This document shows positions 26,601 through 39,979 of a stretch of 64,000 bases of DNA, piece after piece; the stretch's first letter is position 1, and every line of letters begins with the position of its first letter. Position numbers and translations under genes: made by a program. Source of the stretch: Mobula hypostoma (lineage: Eukaryota). The notes below the pieces were generated by a model. The model did not search any database and was not told where the DNA came from. It saw only the letters and a list, made by a program, of their open reading frames with translations. The stretch lies in the NCBI RefSeq assembly GCF_963921235.1, contig NC_086108.1, positions 21,886,001 through 21,950,000 on the forward strand, given 5' to 3'.

Positions 26601-27650
26601 GCCCTTTTTAATGCTTGCCCTGGATTTGTCGGCCTGCCACTTTTACTTTTCTCCTTAGTACTTTTTGCTTCTACCGTCACTTTACACCCCTCTGTCTCTC
26701 TGCACTGGTTCCCATCCCCCTGTTGTGAACTAACCTCCTCACGCCTAGCCTCTTTAATTTGATTCCCTCCCCCAAACCATTCTAGTTTAAAGTCACCTCA
26801 GTAGCCCTCGCTAATCTCCCTGCCAGGATATTGGTCCCCCTAGGATTCAAGTGTAACCCGTCCTTTTTGTACAGGTCACGCCTGCGCCAAAAGAGGTCCC
26901 AATGATCCAAAAACTTGAATCCCTGCCCCCTGCTCCAATCCTTCAGCCACGCATTTATCCTCCACCTCATCGCATTCCTACTCTCACTGTCGCGTGGCAC
27001 AGGCAGTAATCCCGAGATTACTACCTTTGCGGTCCTTTTTCTCAACTCCCTTCCCAGCTCCCTATATTCTCCTTTCAGGACCTCATCCCTTTTCCTACCT
27101 ATGTCATTGGTACCTATATGTACCACGACCTCTGGCTCCTCACCCTCCCACTTCAGGATATCTTGGACACGAACAGAAATATCCCGGACCCTGGCACCAG
27201 GGAGGCAAACTACCATCCGGGTCTCTAGACTGCGTCCACAGAATCGCCTATCTGACCCCCTTACTATCGAGTCCGCTATCACAACTGCCCTCCTCTTCCT
27301 TGCCCTACCCTTCTGAGCTACAGGGCCAGACTCTGTGCCGGAGGCACGGCCACTGTCGCTTCCCCCGGGTAAGCTGTCCCCCCCAACAGTACTCAAACAG
27401 GAGTACCTATTGTTAAGGGGCACAGCCACCGGGGTACTCCCTATTACCTGACTCTTCCCCTTCCCCCTTCTAACCGTGACCCACTTGTCTGCCTCCCGTG
27501 GCCCCGGCGTGACCACCTGCCTGCAACTCCTCTCTACCAACTCCTCACGCTCCCTGACCAGACGAAGGTCATTGAGCTGCAGCTCCAGTTCCGTAACGCG
27601 GTCCCTTAGGAGCTGCATCTCGATGCACTTGGCGCAGATGTAGACGTCCA
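23648..27650 (-). mobile_element. Near full-length, young CR1 LINE (5' end truncated within ORF1)
   Basis: ORF1 and ORF2 are colinear, followed by a 3' UTR and an octamer tail that reads (TAGAAACA)n on +. Confidence 0.95.
23745..26560 (-). pseudogene. CR1 ORF2 (AP endonuclease + RT), disrupted by two stops and one frameshift
   Basis: APE motifs NARSI, GITET, YRPP, GDFN and SDH; RT motifs YRPVSLTS, LDFQKAFD, GVPQGSVLGP and FADD. In-frame TAG stops at 26444-26446 and 25814-25816, and a frame change near 25260. Confidence 0.92.
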
Positions 27651-27651
27651 C
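26782..27651 (-). CDS. CR1 ORF1: zinc-finger remnant, coiled coil, SGNH/GDSL esterase domain
   Basis: CAKC...LLRDRVTELELQL, and the esterase blocks (A)DSIVRG, LPGA, HIGTNDIG and DGLHLN. Confidence 0.85.
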   Translation of the reverse strand: MDVYICAKCIEMQLLRDRVTELELQLNDLRLVREREELVERSCRQVVTPGPREADKWVTVRRGKGKSQVIGSTPVAVPLNNRYSCLSTVGGDSLPGGSDSGRASGTESGPVAQKGRARKRRAVVIADSIVRGSDRRFCGRSLETRMVVCLPGARVRDISVRVQDILKWEGEEPEVVVHIGTNDIGRKRDEVLKGEYRELGRELRKRTAKVVISGLLPVPRDSESRNAMRWRINAWLKDWSRGQGFKFLDHWDLFWRRRDLYKKDGLHLNPRGTNILAGRLARATEVTLN

Positions 27652-28950
27652 TGTTGTGGTATTGCCTGGATTTGTTGTGTACTGTTGTGTTGTGATGGTG
27701 TATGATCCAACAAACGGACTGTGTGGTTGTCTTGGACATTCTTATTGTGTTCGCAAGGCCCTGTTGGACGTTGGTAATGCTGCAAGTCTGGTTCCCTGGT
27801 GAGACCGATGGCGGGGGAGCTGCGTTGCCTCGGTTGTGTTGAGGGCTATGTTGAGGCCACAGTATGATTTGTTGCAGGTGCCCAGGGGATGAGAGCCGAG
27901 ACTGTGTAGGAGAGAGTATGGGCTTCTGTTGGGCATCCTGGAGCCTGTCCTGGGTCGGGGGCTGGTGCCTTCAGTTGGTGCTGCTCTTTAGTGTTCACTC
28001 ACTGCTGCTCTCCTGCTTGGAACTGGACAAGGACAATCTACAATAATGCCTCTTAGGAACTTGGGCTATAATTATTTTTTCTTTGTGACTGCATGTTTTT
28101 CTGAAATCGGAAACCATATGTGTTATTTGTGCTATGTGCAATGTTCTGTGTGCTATTGGTAATGGGTTTGCACCTTGGCCCTGGAGCAACACTGTTCATT
28201 TGACTATAATCATGTGTGGTTGAATGATAATTGAACTTGAAGTTGAAGCTTGAATGGGTGACAAAGTTTTATCCACGGGATTTAAGAGTATAATGAAGGA
28301 AGCTAACCTGGCATAGTCAAGACTTGAGTATAAAGCATAGGCTGAGATTTTGGCAGCTTGTTAGTGGAGATGGATGATGTTATGGAGATAGTAATTTCCA
28401 TAATTCATGGCTGGAATAGATTTTCTGAACCTCATTGCAGTGTCATGTGACGTCAAAGTTTATGCAGTCTTGTTCAGTTGCAGATATGCCAGAAGCAGAA
28501 AAGGATGTAGTTGGGGAAGAAGGTTGTTGATGGCAGGAGAAGGTCATGGCTTTTGCTCTTTTATTTTAAATTAAGAGGGAATATCTATTTATTCAGTGCT
28601 GCATTTCAAAAAGGTGTTTGACAACTTAATGACAGCAGGAGATCTCGAAAGGTGGAGTTATCTGTCAGCAGCGTGATGGTGTGTTTTGTTGAACACTGAT
28701 GTGCCCATATGGAATAGACAAAGATGAGGTTTAAATGCATGAACAATATCAGATGGTGCGAGAAGCATAAAGTCATTCATGATTTTTATTTTATTTTGAG
28801 ATACAGCACAGAACAGGCCCTTCCAGCTCAATGAACCTTGCCACCCAGCAATTGGCCTATTTAACCCTAGCATAATCACAGGACAATTGACAATGACCAA
28901 TTAACCTACCAAGGGTACATCTTTTGGATTGTGGTAGGAAACTGGAGCAC

Positions 28951-29779
28951 TGGAATCAGCAGAAGAACATCTAATAAGTTAGGGGTGTTTACAGTGGAGA
29001 TGCTGGCAGTGTTGGTTGCGTTGCAATGGCTGCAGAAAGCCAGACAAGCCAAAGCATTGATATGTTCAGATTCATTCTCAGTTCTAGCAAATTTAAGGTC
29101 TTTTCACACAAACAGTCGGCAAGATGTACTTTATGAAGTCCTTCAGTTAGTAATCAGGGAGGTCAGGTAAAATTTCTATGGGTTCCAGCACATGTGGGGG
29201 TGAAGGGGAATGAGAGGGTGGATGAGTTGGCAAAGAGGGCGTTAAAGAAAGAAAATGTGGAAATGCACATTAGTATCAGTAAAGCAGAGGTTAAGTGTGT
29301 AATCTGGGAAAAAGTCAACCGAATGTGGCAAGAAAGATGGGACAGGGAGGGGAAAGGGAGGCATTTATATCAAATGCAAAAGAGTGTTGCATTTACTAGG
29401 GTAGGTAGTGGAAATAGAAGAGAGGAAATTGTGTGGACTAGGTTAAGGCTGGGGCATTGTGCATTAAACAAAACATTGAAAATGATAGGGAAAAAACAAA
29501 AAAGGATTGTGTGAGGAATGTCAGGAAGAGGAGTCAGTAGAACATGTAGTTCTGAGTTGCAGGAAGTATGGGATACAGAGAGAGATGATGAGAAATAAAT
29601 TAAGGGAGTTGGGGATGCAGGAATTCACATTAAAAGGGTTGCTGGGCATGGGTGAGAGAGCACAAGTCCGGGTATTTTTAGTGTTTTGAAGGGATACAGG
29701 GGTTTTTTATAGAATATGACGAATAAACAGGAATAGGATGCTAGGATGGTCAAAGATGGGAGGGTGAAGTGTAGGTTTG

Positions 29780-29841
<62 letters not shown>

Positions 29842-29962
29842 CGCGATTGGGTGAAGGGATTTAGAATGTATGTCTAGTGCACATTCTGGAGCAGAGGGTG
29901 GCAGTAATGCACCATTAAGCTGGATGCCAACCGCCGTAAAACAAGATACAGACAGACAGATA
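28951..29962 (+). mobile_element. 5'-truncated I/Nimb-clade LINE with RNase H and C-terminal CCHC knuckle, 13 bp TSD
   Basis: RNase H motifs VFTVEMLAV, ICSDS and WVPAHVGVKGNERVDELAK; then TRLRLGH and CEEC-EESVEHVVLSC. It has a (GACA)n tail and the TSD 'gaaactggagcac' at 28938-28950 and 29963-29975. Confidence 0.85.
29780..29845. repeat. (TA)n(TG)n(CG)n compound microsatellite inside the LINE 3' UTR
   Basis: Seen directly. Confidence 0.9.
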
Positions 29963-32564
29963 GAAACTGGAGCACCCAGAGGAAACCCACACATTCATGG
30001 GGCAAGTGTACAAACTCCTTACAGATGGTGCCAGAATTGAGCTCCAAACTCTGACACCGAGAGCTGTAATAGTGTTGCGCTAACCAATACGCTACTGCGG
30101 TGCCTATCGCCTGTGTTTGAGTAGATTATTTGTGGACCATGTAGTGAGGTCCAGCCCATGTAGGCACTGGAGGAGGATGACCCTCCAACGTTCCCTGGAT
30201 CGGAAATTGTAAATATAACACTGCATCTTAAGAAAGGAGGATAAAAGAAAGTAGACCAATTAGCCTACAATTTATTGTTAACAAAATGCTGAATTCCTTG
30301 TGCTGGAAGCAATTAGGACACCTAGAAGGTTATAATATGATCAGTTGAGTACAAAATATTTTTATGCAGGGGAGTTGTGTTTCACAAATTTTGCTAAGTT
30401 ATTTGAGCAAGATGACCTAGGATGGAGGATATTTGGCTGTCTTGTGGAAGGTATAAAAGAACTTATTCATTGAGTTGAGGGCAATGTATTAGCATGGATG
30501 AAAGAGGGAAAAACTAAGAATGGAGTCATTTTCAGATTGGCAAATGTATTTGTAAGATATCTTCAATAAATTTGGCATTGCAAGTTGGACATGGCCAGTC
30601 TGTTCTCTTGATTGCAGAATTTTAATAGAGCTAATAGAAAAGCATTCAAATGTCAGCATTTTCAAAGCCAAGTAATTTGGAGCCCTCATTGATGACAACT
30701 GAAACAGTTGAAGGTGAGAAGCACCAGTGAGTCAGCAATCTTGTAACCAAAATACTGCAATTGTTGGATGTTTTAAATGTGCTCAAAGTACAAGATAATA
30801 TTTAAACTGTGGTATTTTGTCGGACTTACCAGTGTAAATATGGCAGCAGGGTCTACTACTGAACTGCACAGATTTTTTATTCTGTTGTTGAATATTGCTT
30901 AAGTGCTTATAATTTTATTTTGCCACAGTGAGCTTAACCAATTCAGATAGATGCAGTTGTGCATATGCTTGATCACAGAAAGTACTTGCTTACACTTTCA
31001 ATTTTAGGAGACATGTTCTTTAATTTTATCAGTCATTTTCATGTGATCACCATTCTGTCTCCTGCTGAAAAGCATCTATTTATTGTTACTGTGGAAGTTG
31101 GATACATAAAAACCAATGAACACTGAGCTGTACTAAGCAATGAATGTCTTAGCTTTTGCAAACTGCTATTTTCTTTTGTTAAGTATTGTATGCTCCTTCA
31201 GAATATGATTAAAGTTATTTTAATATGAAGATTATATATAAGTAGGGATTGAGCAGAAAATGATTTGCTGGCATTGATGGATGAAATTTCAATGTTACTG
31301 TGTATTTGCCATTACCAAATAGTTCTTCCCTTTCAAATGCTTTTGGAAATTGTCTTCAGATCAAAATGTTGAAAATAGTTTAAATTTAAAACTGAGGTAA
31401 ATGTGATTATTTGAAACAGGAATTTTAGAAAGACGGATTTAATTTTCAGCTGAGTGTGTTGGGAACGACATGGAGACGAAAAAGCTGTAAAGATAAATTA
31501 AATTAATGGCACAATTTCAAAGCAGATCTTCTTCCATTTTCAAATAAAGTCACCATCTTATTTTTTTTCACTGTTGTGTAATCTTGCTCAGGCCACAGTA
31601 TTGGATGAACTTAGAGGCTATCAAATGCTTCTGATTGAAGGTTTTTGTCTTGATTATGATTGTGTTAGCTGCTTTTTGATTTAGATGTTCTTAATTTCTT
31701 GTTCAGGCTTTCATTACAGGGTATTTGACCTGTGCTCAAATTTGCACGTACTGAACAGGGAAAAAAGTACTCTTGAACCTGGACACAATTGTTAATCAGT
31801 ATGCAGAAGAGTAATCATGAGATAGAACACTGTGTACTATGGTATACTAGTTCTCCATTGTGCTTAATATCCTATTCAAGTTATACAGAAGATTGTGAGT
31901 AACTGTTCAGTTACATCTGTGATGAGCAGATGGTAGCTGTGTTTGCACTAGAGGGGTATTTTGGCCACAGATTAGCATTTTTCACATGTTGAAGTATCTG
32001 AAGCATGAAATTGATCTGTTGAAACTGCATTTGTTGGATAACAAACTGGAAAATGCTCTTCACACACTTGCTAACAAAGGATCAGTGATTAGATATTATT
32101 TGAAATCATGATGTTCTCCACAATATTGTGCTGCTAGGGAACTTAAGATGTTCTTGGTTGATAAGCCAGTTGCATTTACATTGCAGGACTTTTTGCATTA
32201 TATAACTGATATTTAAGTTTAAATTGTCTGAATGAATTTCCATTATCAGACAAATAGTCATTGCACCTGTCAGCTGCCAATTTAAAACTGAAAATGGGAG
32301 GGGACTTTCCTTGGGATGGCATGTGATAATTAATATGGTGGGGTCTGGATACATAATTGCACAGGATTTATTATAGAAATAGAGGTTTAAGTTGACAGCT
32401 TTTTTGAAAAGTGTGTATAATCTAAGTTGATTTTGCTTTAAAAAATGAAACTAGCTTGAGTATTTTGTTTTATTTAGGAGGGAATGCATCAGATTACCAT
32501 AAACGTGTTTCTTAAGACTATGAATGTTTTTACGCTTGGGTCAAATCATCTGATCTGCTTTTCC

Positions 32565-32662
32565 TGTCCTGACGAAGGGTCTCGGCCTGAAATGTTGACT
32601 GTACCTCTTCCTAGAGATGCTACCTGGCCTGCTGCGTTCACTGGCAACTTTGATGTGTGCTG
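32565..32662 (+). mobile_element. Short PLE 3'-end fragment with hammerhead-like core
   Basis: 'gtc-ctgacga-agggtctcggcct-gaaa-tgtt-gactgtacctcttcctagagatgc' is near-identical to 6883-6978, but with CpG-type decay at the cleavage triplet. Confidence 0.75.
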
Positions 32663-32759
32663 CTTTTCCTGTGCTGTTTTCTTGGAAACAAGGGTTTTGC
32701 CCCTTGTTGTCCCTGGCCACCTCTAATGCAGGCATCATCAGGTGCTGAAATCTTTGTAA

Positions 32760-35712
32760 CAAACAACACACACAAAATGCTGGAGGAATTCAACAGGCCA
32801 GGCAGCATCTATGGAAAGGAGTAAACAGTCGATGTTCTGGACTAAGACCCTTCATCAGGACTGGAAAAAAAGGTGTCACAGTAAGAAGTACAAGGTGTTA
32901 GATGAAACCAGGAGAGGGGGAGGGGTGAAGTAAAGAACTGGGAAGTTGAATGGTGAAAGAGATGAGGGGGTGGAGCAGGGGGAAGCTGCTAGGAGAGGAC
33001 AGAAGGCCATGGAAGAAAGGGAAGGGGGAGGAGCACCAGAGGGAGGTAGTGAGCAGGCAAGGAGATAGCATGATAGAGGGAAATGGCAATGGGGAATGGA
33101 AAGGGGGGTGGCAATTACCAGAAGTTCAAGAAATTGATATTCATGCCATGAGGTTGGAGGCTACCCAGATGAATTATAATGCACCTCCAACCCAAGTGTG
33201 GCCTCATTGCAGCAGTAGAGGAGGCTGTGGACTGACATATAGGAATAGGAAGTAGAATTGAAATGGGTGGCCACCGGGCAATCCCGCTGTTTTTTGGTGG
33301 ATGGCAATGTGGTCTCCCAATCTACGTTAGGTCTTGCCCATATACAGAAAGCCACACCGGGAGCACCGAGTACAGTGGATGACCCCAGCAGACTCACAGG
33401 TGAAGTGTCACCTCACCTGGAAGGACTGTTCGGAGCCCTGAATGGTAGTGAGGGAGGAGGTGTGGCACTTGTTCCTCTTGCAAGAGTGAGTACCAGGAGG
33501 GATGAATGAGCAAGGGAATCGCATAGGGACCGATCTCTGCGGAAAGTCAAAAGTGGAGGGAGAGAAAGATGTTTGGTGGTGGGATCCCGTTAGAGATGGC
33601 GGAAGTTACATAGAATTTCGTGCTGGATGTGGAGGCTAATGGGGTGGTGGGCAAGGGCAAGAAGATCCAGTTCAAACCTTGCTCCTTCCGAATGTAGTGC
33701 CCTCCACTCCCTCCACACCAATCCTAACATCACCATCAATCCTGCGATAAGGGGGAAACTGTAGTAGTCTGGCGGATTGACCTCTACCTTGCTGAGGCCA
33801 GGCGACAACTCTCAGACACCTCCTCTTACTTACCTCTCGAACAGGACCCCACTAAAGAGCACTAGGCCATTTCATCTGCACCATCACTGACTGTATTAAC
33901 TCTGGGGAATCTCCCATCCACTCCCACGAACCTTATGGTTCCCTTACTCCAAACCTCCCATTTCTATCTCCTTCCAAGATCCACAAATCCATTGTTTCTA
34001 CTTGTTTTTACCTCACCAAACGTTTATTAACTCTGTTTTACCCCTTTTGATTCAGTCCCTTCCTACCTGTATCTCTGACACTTCACACGCTCTGGATCTT
34101 TTCAATGACTTTAAGTTACCTGGCCCTGATCGTTTTATTTTTACCATGGATGTCCAGTCCCTCCTACACCTCCATCCTGCATCAGGAGGGCCTGAAAGCT
34201 CTCTGCTTTCTAGACAACAGATCCAACCTGTTCCCCTAAACCACCACTCTCCTCTGTCTGGCGGAACTGGTCCTCACTCTCAATAATTTCTCTTTCGACT
34301 TCTCCCACTTCCTTCAAATGAAAGGTGTAGCCATGGGAAGACGCATGGGTCCCAGCTATGCCTGCCTTTTGGCCGGCTACGTGAAACAATCAAATTTATC
34401 TGGTCCATTTCCAACACCTCCCTCCCCTTTCTCAATCTCTGTATCTCTACCTCTGGAGACAGTTTATCCACTGATATCTTTTATAAACCACTGATTCTCA
34501 TAGCTACCTGGACTACACCTCTTCCCACCCTGTTACTTGTCAAAATGTTATCCCCTTCTCTCAATTCCTTTATCTCTGCTGCATCTGCTCTCAGGATGAG
34601 GCTTTTCATTCTAGAACTAATGAGATGTCCTCCTCCTTCAAAGAAAGGGGGTTTTCTTCATCCATCATCAACACCGCCCTCATCTGCATCTCTTCCATTT
34701 CACGCACGGCTACTCTCACCCCATCCACCTACCACGTCACCAGGGATAGGGTTATTCTTGTCTTCACCTACCATCCTACTAGTCTCTACATCCAGCGCAT
34801 AATTCTCCCATGGAATCCCACATCTTGCCCTCCCCCACACACTTTTCACAGGAATTGCTCCCTATGCGACTCCTTTGTCCATTCGTCCCTCCACCACTGA
34901 TCTCCCTCCTGGTACTTACCCATGAAAGTGGAACAAGTGCCACACGTGCTCTGACACCTCTTCCCTCACTACCATTCAGGGCCCCAAACAGTCTTTCCAG
35001 GTAAGGTGATACTTCAGTAGATGTTGGCCATCTACTGTATCTGGTGCTCCCATTGTGGCTTCCTGTATATTGGTGGACCTGATGCAGATTGGGAGACCGC
35101 TTTGCTGAGTACCTATGCTCCATCCGCCAGAAAGAGCAGGATCTTTCGGTGGCCACCCACTTAAATTCTACTTCTCATTCTCAGTACAATAAGTCCATTG
35201 CCTCCTCTACTGCTGCGATGAGGCCACACTTAGGTTGGAGGAGCACCTTATATTCTGTCTGGGTAGCTTCTAACCTGACGGCATGAATATGGATTTCTTG
35301 AACTTCCAGTAATAGCCTCCCCCTCCCCATTCCCCATTCCTGGTTCCCTCTCTTGCCTTATCTCCTTACCTACCTGTTACCTCCCTGTGATGCTCCTCCC
35401 CTTCCCTTTCTTCTATGGTCTTCTACCCTCTCCTGGCATACTCTCCCTTCTCCAGGCCTTTATCTCTTTCACCACTTAACTTCCCAGCTCTTTACTTCAT
35501 CCCCCTCTCCTAGTTTCACCTATCACTTACTACCTTGTACTCCTTCCTCCACTATTCCCACCCTCTTACTCTGACTTCTCATCTTTTTTTCCAGTCCTGA
35601 TGAAGGGTCTCAGCCTGAAACGCTGACAGTTTACTCTTTTCCATAGATGCAGCCTGGCCTGCTGAGTTCCTCCAGCATTTGGTGTGTGCAGCATCTGCAG
35701 ATTTTCTCATGT
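32760..35712 (+). mobile_element. Decayed Penelope-like retroelement: RT + GIY-YIG body (33666-35712, +) preceded by an inverted copy of its own 3' part (32760-33665, -)
   Basis: PLE RT remnants ADKG..VVVW, FIFTMDVQSL and QMKGVAMG.RMGPSYA. GIY-YIG remnants IYCIWC..CG.LYIG, LGDRFAEYL..IR, VATHLN and LIFCLG..PDGMN. Hammerhead-like cores at ~35593-35630 (+) and ~32827-32863 (-). Confidence 0.85.
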
Positions 35713-37049
35713 ATGCCAAAATATTTATGATATGTCTACAAATAAAGTCAAAGTGTTCTTGTGAACTCTCATAGTTTTACGCGCAATGCTGAATCAAGTA
35801 TTACATATGGAATTATGAGAACTCACACATTTGTTAATAGGAATCATTTTCAAAGTAGTGTTGTACAGAGCAAAACTGTACTTATTTCATTTGAGATTTA
35901 TTTATGTAGATCCCTTCATTAATGGCTTTGTTTGTTTGTTCAATAAAAGCTTAAGACTTTAAGAAGTTTTAAATATGATTCTTAGGTGACCACATGCTGT
36001 GTGGTTTCTGCTTTGATTGCAGCTGTTCTTGGAGTTCTAAGTCCCAAATGTATCAGTAGCTCTACCTAAATTGTTCTTGGAAATCTGAATGGTCATCGGA
36101 ATTTTTGAACATAAATCCATACCAAAACCAAGGAAACGTTTATACTGTATAAACAGTCTTTAGTTCTGCAGCTGTAATTCAGGTTGCATCCAGACAAAAT
36201 CACATTCACACTGACTGGCTTAGATTAACAATTGCCCAAGGGAGCTATGTGCATAACTTGGTACAAATGAGAACATATCCCTCTGTGAATAAGTTAAATA
36301 TATTACGCTTTGAGAAGGCAAAATAAGATTCTATGAAATAGGACAAAGCAGATTTACATTGTACCTTTAAGGTTAAATGAGTCCATTGAATACTTTGAAG
36401 GCTGCAAGTCGTGTATCATGGCAAGAGAAAATGATGTGAGGCTTCCCCCGCCACGCAGTCATGATGCATTTCAGCTGAAGTCATTGATTTCTGGTTTTGA
36501 GTTTAAAAAGAACTCGACATCTGTAAGAAGTCAAAATAATATGCAATAAATGCAGTATTTTTAATATAAATTCATTGTCAACCAAAACTGGGCAAGTTAA
36601 TTAGGCTGGCTTTGTATTACTTTCATCTTTTTGATCATTGGTAAATTTACATAACACAGTATTTCAGTAATAATTTCACCTTTTCAGCCCTCTAGATGTT
36701 AAACTTTTCTCTAGCTGGCGAAATAATTTGCATTCTCCATAAGGACTTTTTTGTGAGCAAGATTTAGCTCCAATTTGTGACTTTCTGAAAATTAGATCTC
36801 TCTGATGCCATGACATTTTTATGGAACACTGTCTACACAATCCATAGAGAAACAACAAAGCCACATAGGAATGAATCTTCAAACCCTATTAAAATAGATG
36901 TAATGCTGTGCTAATTGGAATAGGCATCTGCTCTTTAAATAATACTTATTTTGTCTTTCAGCAGACTTTACCATGTCTGAAGTTAGGGGGGGAGGAATTA
37001 GGGAGCTACCACCCTGTTGGCTGACATTGACAGCTAGGAATATGTTGCA

Positions 37050-38200
37050 TAAAAAGATTGGTTGATCACTATATAAAAGAATATGATTGAGCAAAGTCAG
37101 TATGGATTAATAAAAAAGGCATCCTGTTTGACTGCTGTTTTAGTTCTTTGAGGTTGTGCATAAAAAAGGTAGAGAAAGGGACCTGTATGTGTCACGTAAT
37201 TTTCAGGAGGATTTCAATAAGGTTTCATGCAGGAGATTGATGATCAAGTTAGGAAAATGTGAAATTGTTGTTATATTTTCTCTCTGGATTGATAATTGGT
37301 AACACAGAAAACGATGAATAGGAATAAATAGGTCCTCCTCACCTTTGAAGGTTGTGATCTGTAGAGCAATGCAAGAGTCAGAGCTTGTGCTCCAAATATT
37401 TACAATCTACGTTAATAATTTGGCTGAGGTGACCATATTTCCAAGTTTGCTGGGAATAGAGTCACAAAGAGATTTTGACAAGATGAGTGAGGAAACAATA
37501 TCTTGACAGATGGACTACAAAGTGGAAAAACGTGAGGTTGTCCATTTTGTTACAAAAATGGAAAAGCAGAATACTTTGTGAATGCAAAGAAATTGGGAAA
37601 TGTTGATGTTCAAAGAAACCTGAATGTCTTTGTATATGGGTCACTGAAATCAAAAATGCAGTTGCAGCAGTAATATAGAAAGCAAATGGTAAATTGATAT
37701 TTATTGCAAGAATATTTAAGTACAAGAAGGATGATTTCTTACCGTGATTTTATAGGGCATTGTTGAGACAGCACCTGGATTATTTTGTCCAATATTGATC
37801 TCATTATTGGACATGAGTACAGCAGAATAATCACCAGACTGGGAAGGCAGGTTTTGTTTTATGATGAAAGTTGAAGTAGGCTAGGCCACCATTACCAGAG
37901 TTTGTAAGAATGAGAGGTGCTTCATTAAAGTGTACAGAATCCTTGGGAGTGATTGGTGGTATTGATGAATGATTAATGTTTTCCCAGAATGAGGAGTCTC
38001 AGTCACAAATTAGGCATTGACCATTTAGGATTAAAATGGGGAGAAATGCCTTTTAATGAGAGCATGATGAATCTTTGGAATTCGCCACACTGCAGAGCAA
38101 TTGCGAGATTAATTGCATTTAAAATATAATTAATCGATAGATTTTTGGATATTGAAAAAATCAGGAATATGGTCAGAAAATGGTGTTGAAATTGAGGCAT
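37050..38200 (+). mobile_element. Old, heavily decayed CR1 LINE RT/3' region
   Basis: Degenerate counterparts of QHGF.K.KSCLT, DKV.H.RL, SKFA and LVRQHLDY.VQ, in the same order as in the CR1 at 23745. Confidence 0.65.
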
Positions 38201-39979
38201 TGAGATTCAGTGCTTCTTCAGAGTGTTGTAAAGCATGGAGATGTACAGATGCATCAGCATGAGGGAAGAAAGTAGGTAGAAATCAGTAGGATTCTTGCCC
38301 ACATTTAATCTGATGCTGAGACCTCACAAAATTTGTCAGGTTCATTCCACCTACCTGTATCCCTGTCCGTGGAACAGGAGGTATCCAAGGATTGGCAGAG
38401 TCTGCCGTATTCTGTCAAAGATATGATTCTAAGTATAACTATGTCTAGTGGCTGTTTGACTTGTTCGTGGAATGTCGATGGTCAAATGTTTATGAGGACG
38501 ATTTTGCATGTTTGAGTGACTGGCTGTGACTTTGTCATACTAAGGTCAATCCCAGGAAGCCTTTACTGGTTTTATTCTTTTTTCATTTTAACATTACTAT
38601 CATAATATATCCAAGTGATTCGCTAGACTAGTTCAGTGGTAAGCTGAAGTTGACTACATGGCTATGTGTCTAGAGTTAGTTATGTACAGCTCAAAATAGG
38701 TAAACGCAACAGATTTCCTTAGATGTTTTTAAATGTAATAATCCAGTAGTTTCACAATTGTTTTTATGTTTCGTTTTTAAATTCCAGGTTATTTTTAACT
38801 AAATTTAAGTTCCACAGCTGCCGTTGTGGGATTTGAGCTCATGTCTCTGGATTGTTAATGCTGGCCCCCCCAGTCCAGAAACTTAACCATTATGCCAGCG
38901 CTGTTCCTTTCTTTAATTTTTGTGGTCCATTTATGACTAAGGAAGATGATACAGCAATCCATATATATTCCATGTAATCACAGCTGTCAGAAGTATCTTA
39001 AAGGGCCACATATAAAATACTTGAGGTTCTCTGAGATGTATTTCTTTAACAAACATAAATTATGCAAGTGGTAAGAGCTCTCAAATGTGAATGAGTTTTT
39101 TATTGCATCCTTTACATTTGAATGCTGTCACATTATTGGTCATTTTTAGAAGGTAGCTAGACAACATGATTAGTTGTTCCCATCTTCACATACACTTCTT
39201 TGTTTTTATTAGATGTTTGGTCAACTTTTTTGCAATGCAAGCAAATTTAAAAATTTCATACAATATTTACAAACATCAACTAAATTGTGTGTGTCTGTGG
39301 TGATTTTTCTCCTGCGAGCAAAGATGTAGGTACTTTTTTTTATTACATTTAAAAAATTTCCTTCAAGTAAGAGTAAAGTGCTATGCTGCCAAAGAGCAAT
39401 TTAAATTCAAAATTGGACTTGGACTAGATGTATTAGTGAACAGTTTTCTCTTCAAGGAGTGATTATGTTCTTTAATGTTGGCAGCAGACATATTAAAACT
39501 ATGATTCTTTTACTGAAGCACTGTGAAATGTTTGTATTTGGAAATAGTTTGGAAGCATCTTCAGTTTGTTATTTTTTACTTTCATTTGATAAATCTATCT
39601 CATTATATGGTACTTTTACTGTTAAATGGAAGTATGAAACAGCACGGGGACAACTGATGAGCCTTTGCATTCTTAGCCAGTCTATCTTGGGCGACTTTTG
39701 TTTATGACATCTCTCTAAGTACGGTGAAATGTGGATTTTAAAGAAATCTCTTTGAGGAAAAATACTTCGCTAGCTACTAAGTAACTTAAACAACTTCTCA
39801 ACATTGTTGCTGTCTGGTTATTAGTCAGAACAGCATCATGTTACAAATAATGTTTTCATAGTGATGTAGTTACTTGCATTGAAGTGAGTTAGACCTCAAT
39901 TATGTTCCTTATCAGATCTTTTTACCACTCAAACTATAGACATTAAACAAAACAACTTTAAAAGAGGAACAAATCATAT

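Larger units (their letters stand above)
28788..30105 (-). mobile_element. V-SINE-like element split by a LINE insertion at 28951-29962
   Basis: The two halves rejoin into the reverse complement of the 22778 SINE and match the copy at ~59630-59893. Confidence 0.75.

Noticed and set aside
23722..27416. Long + strand ORFs (230, 134, 171, 133 and 140 aa)
   Set aside because: They are antisense shadows of CR1 ORF1/ORF2 with no independent motifs.
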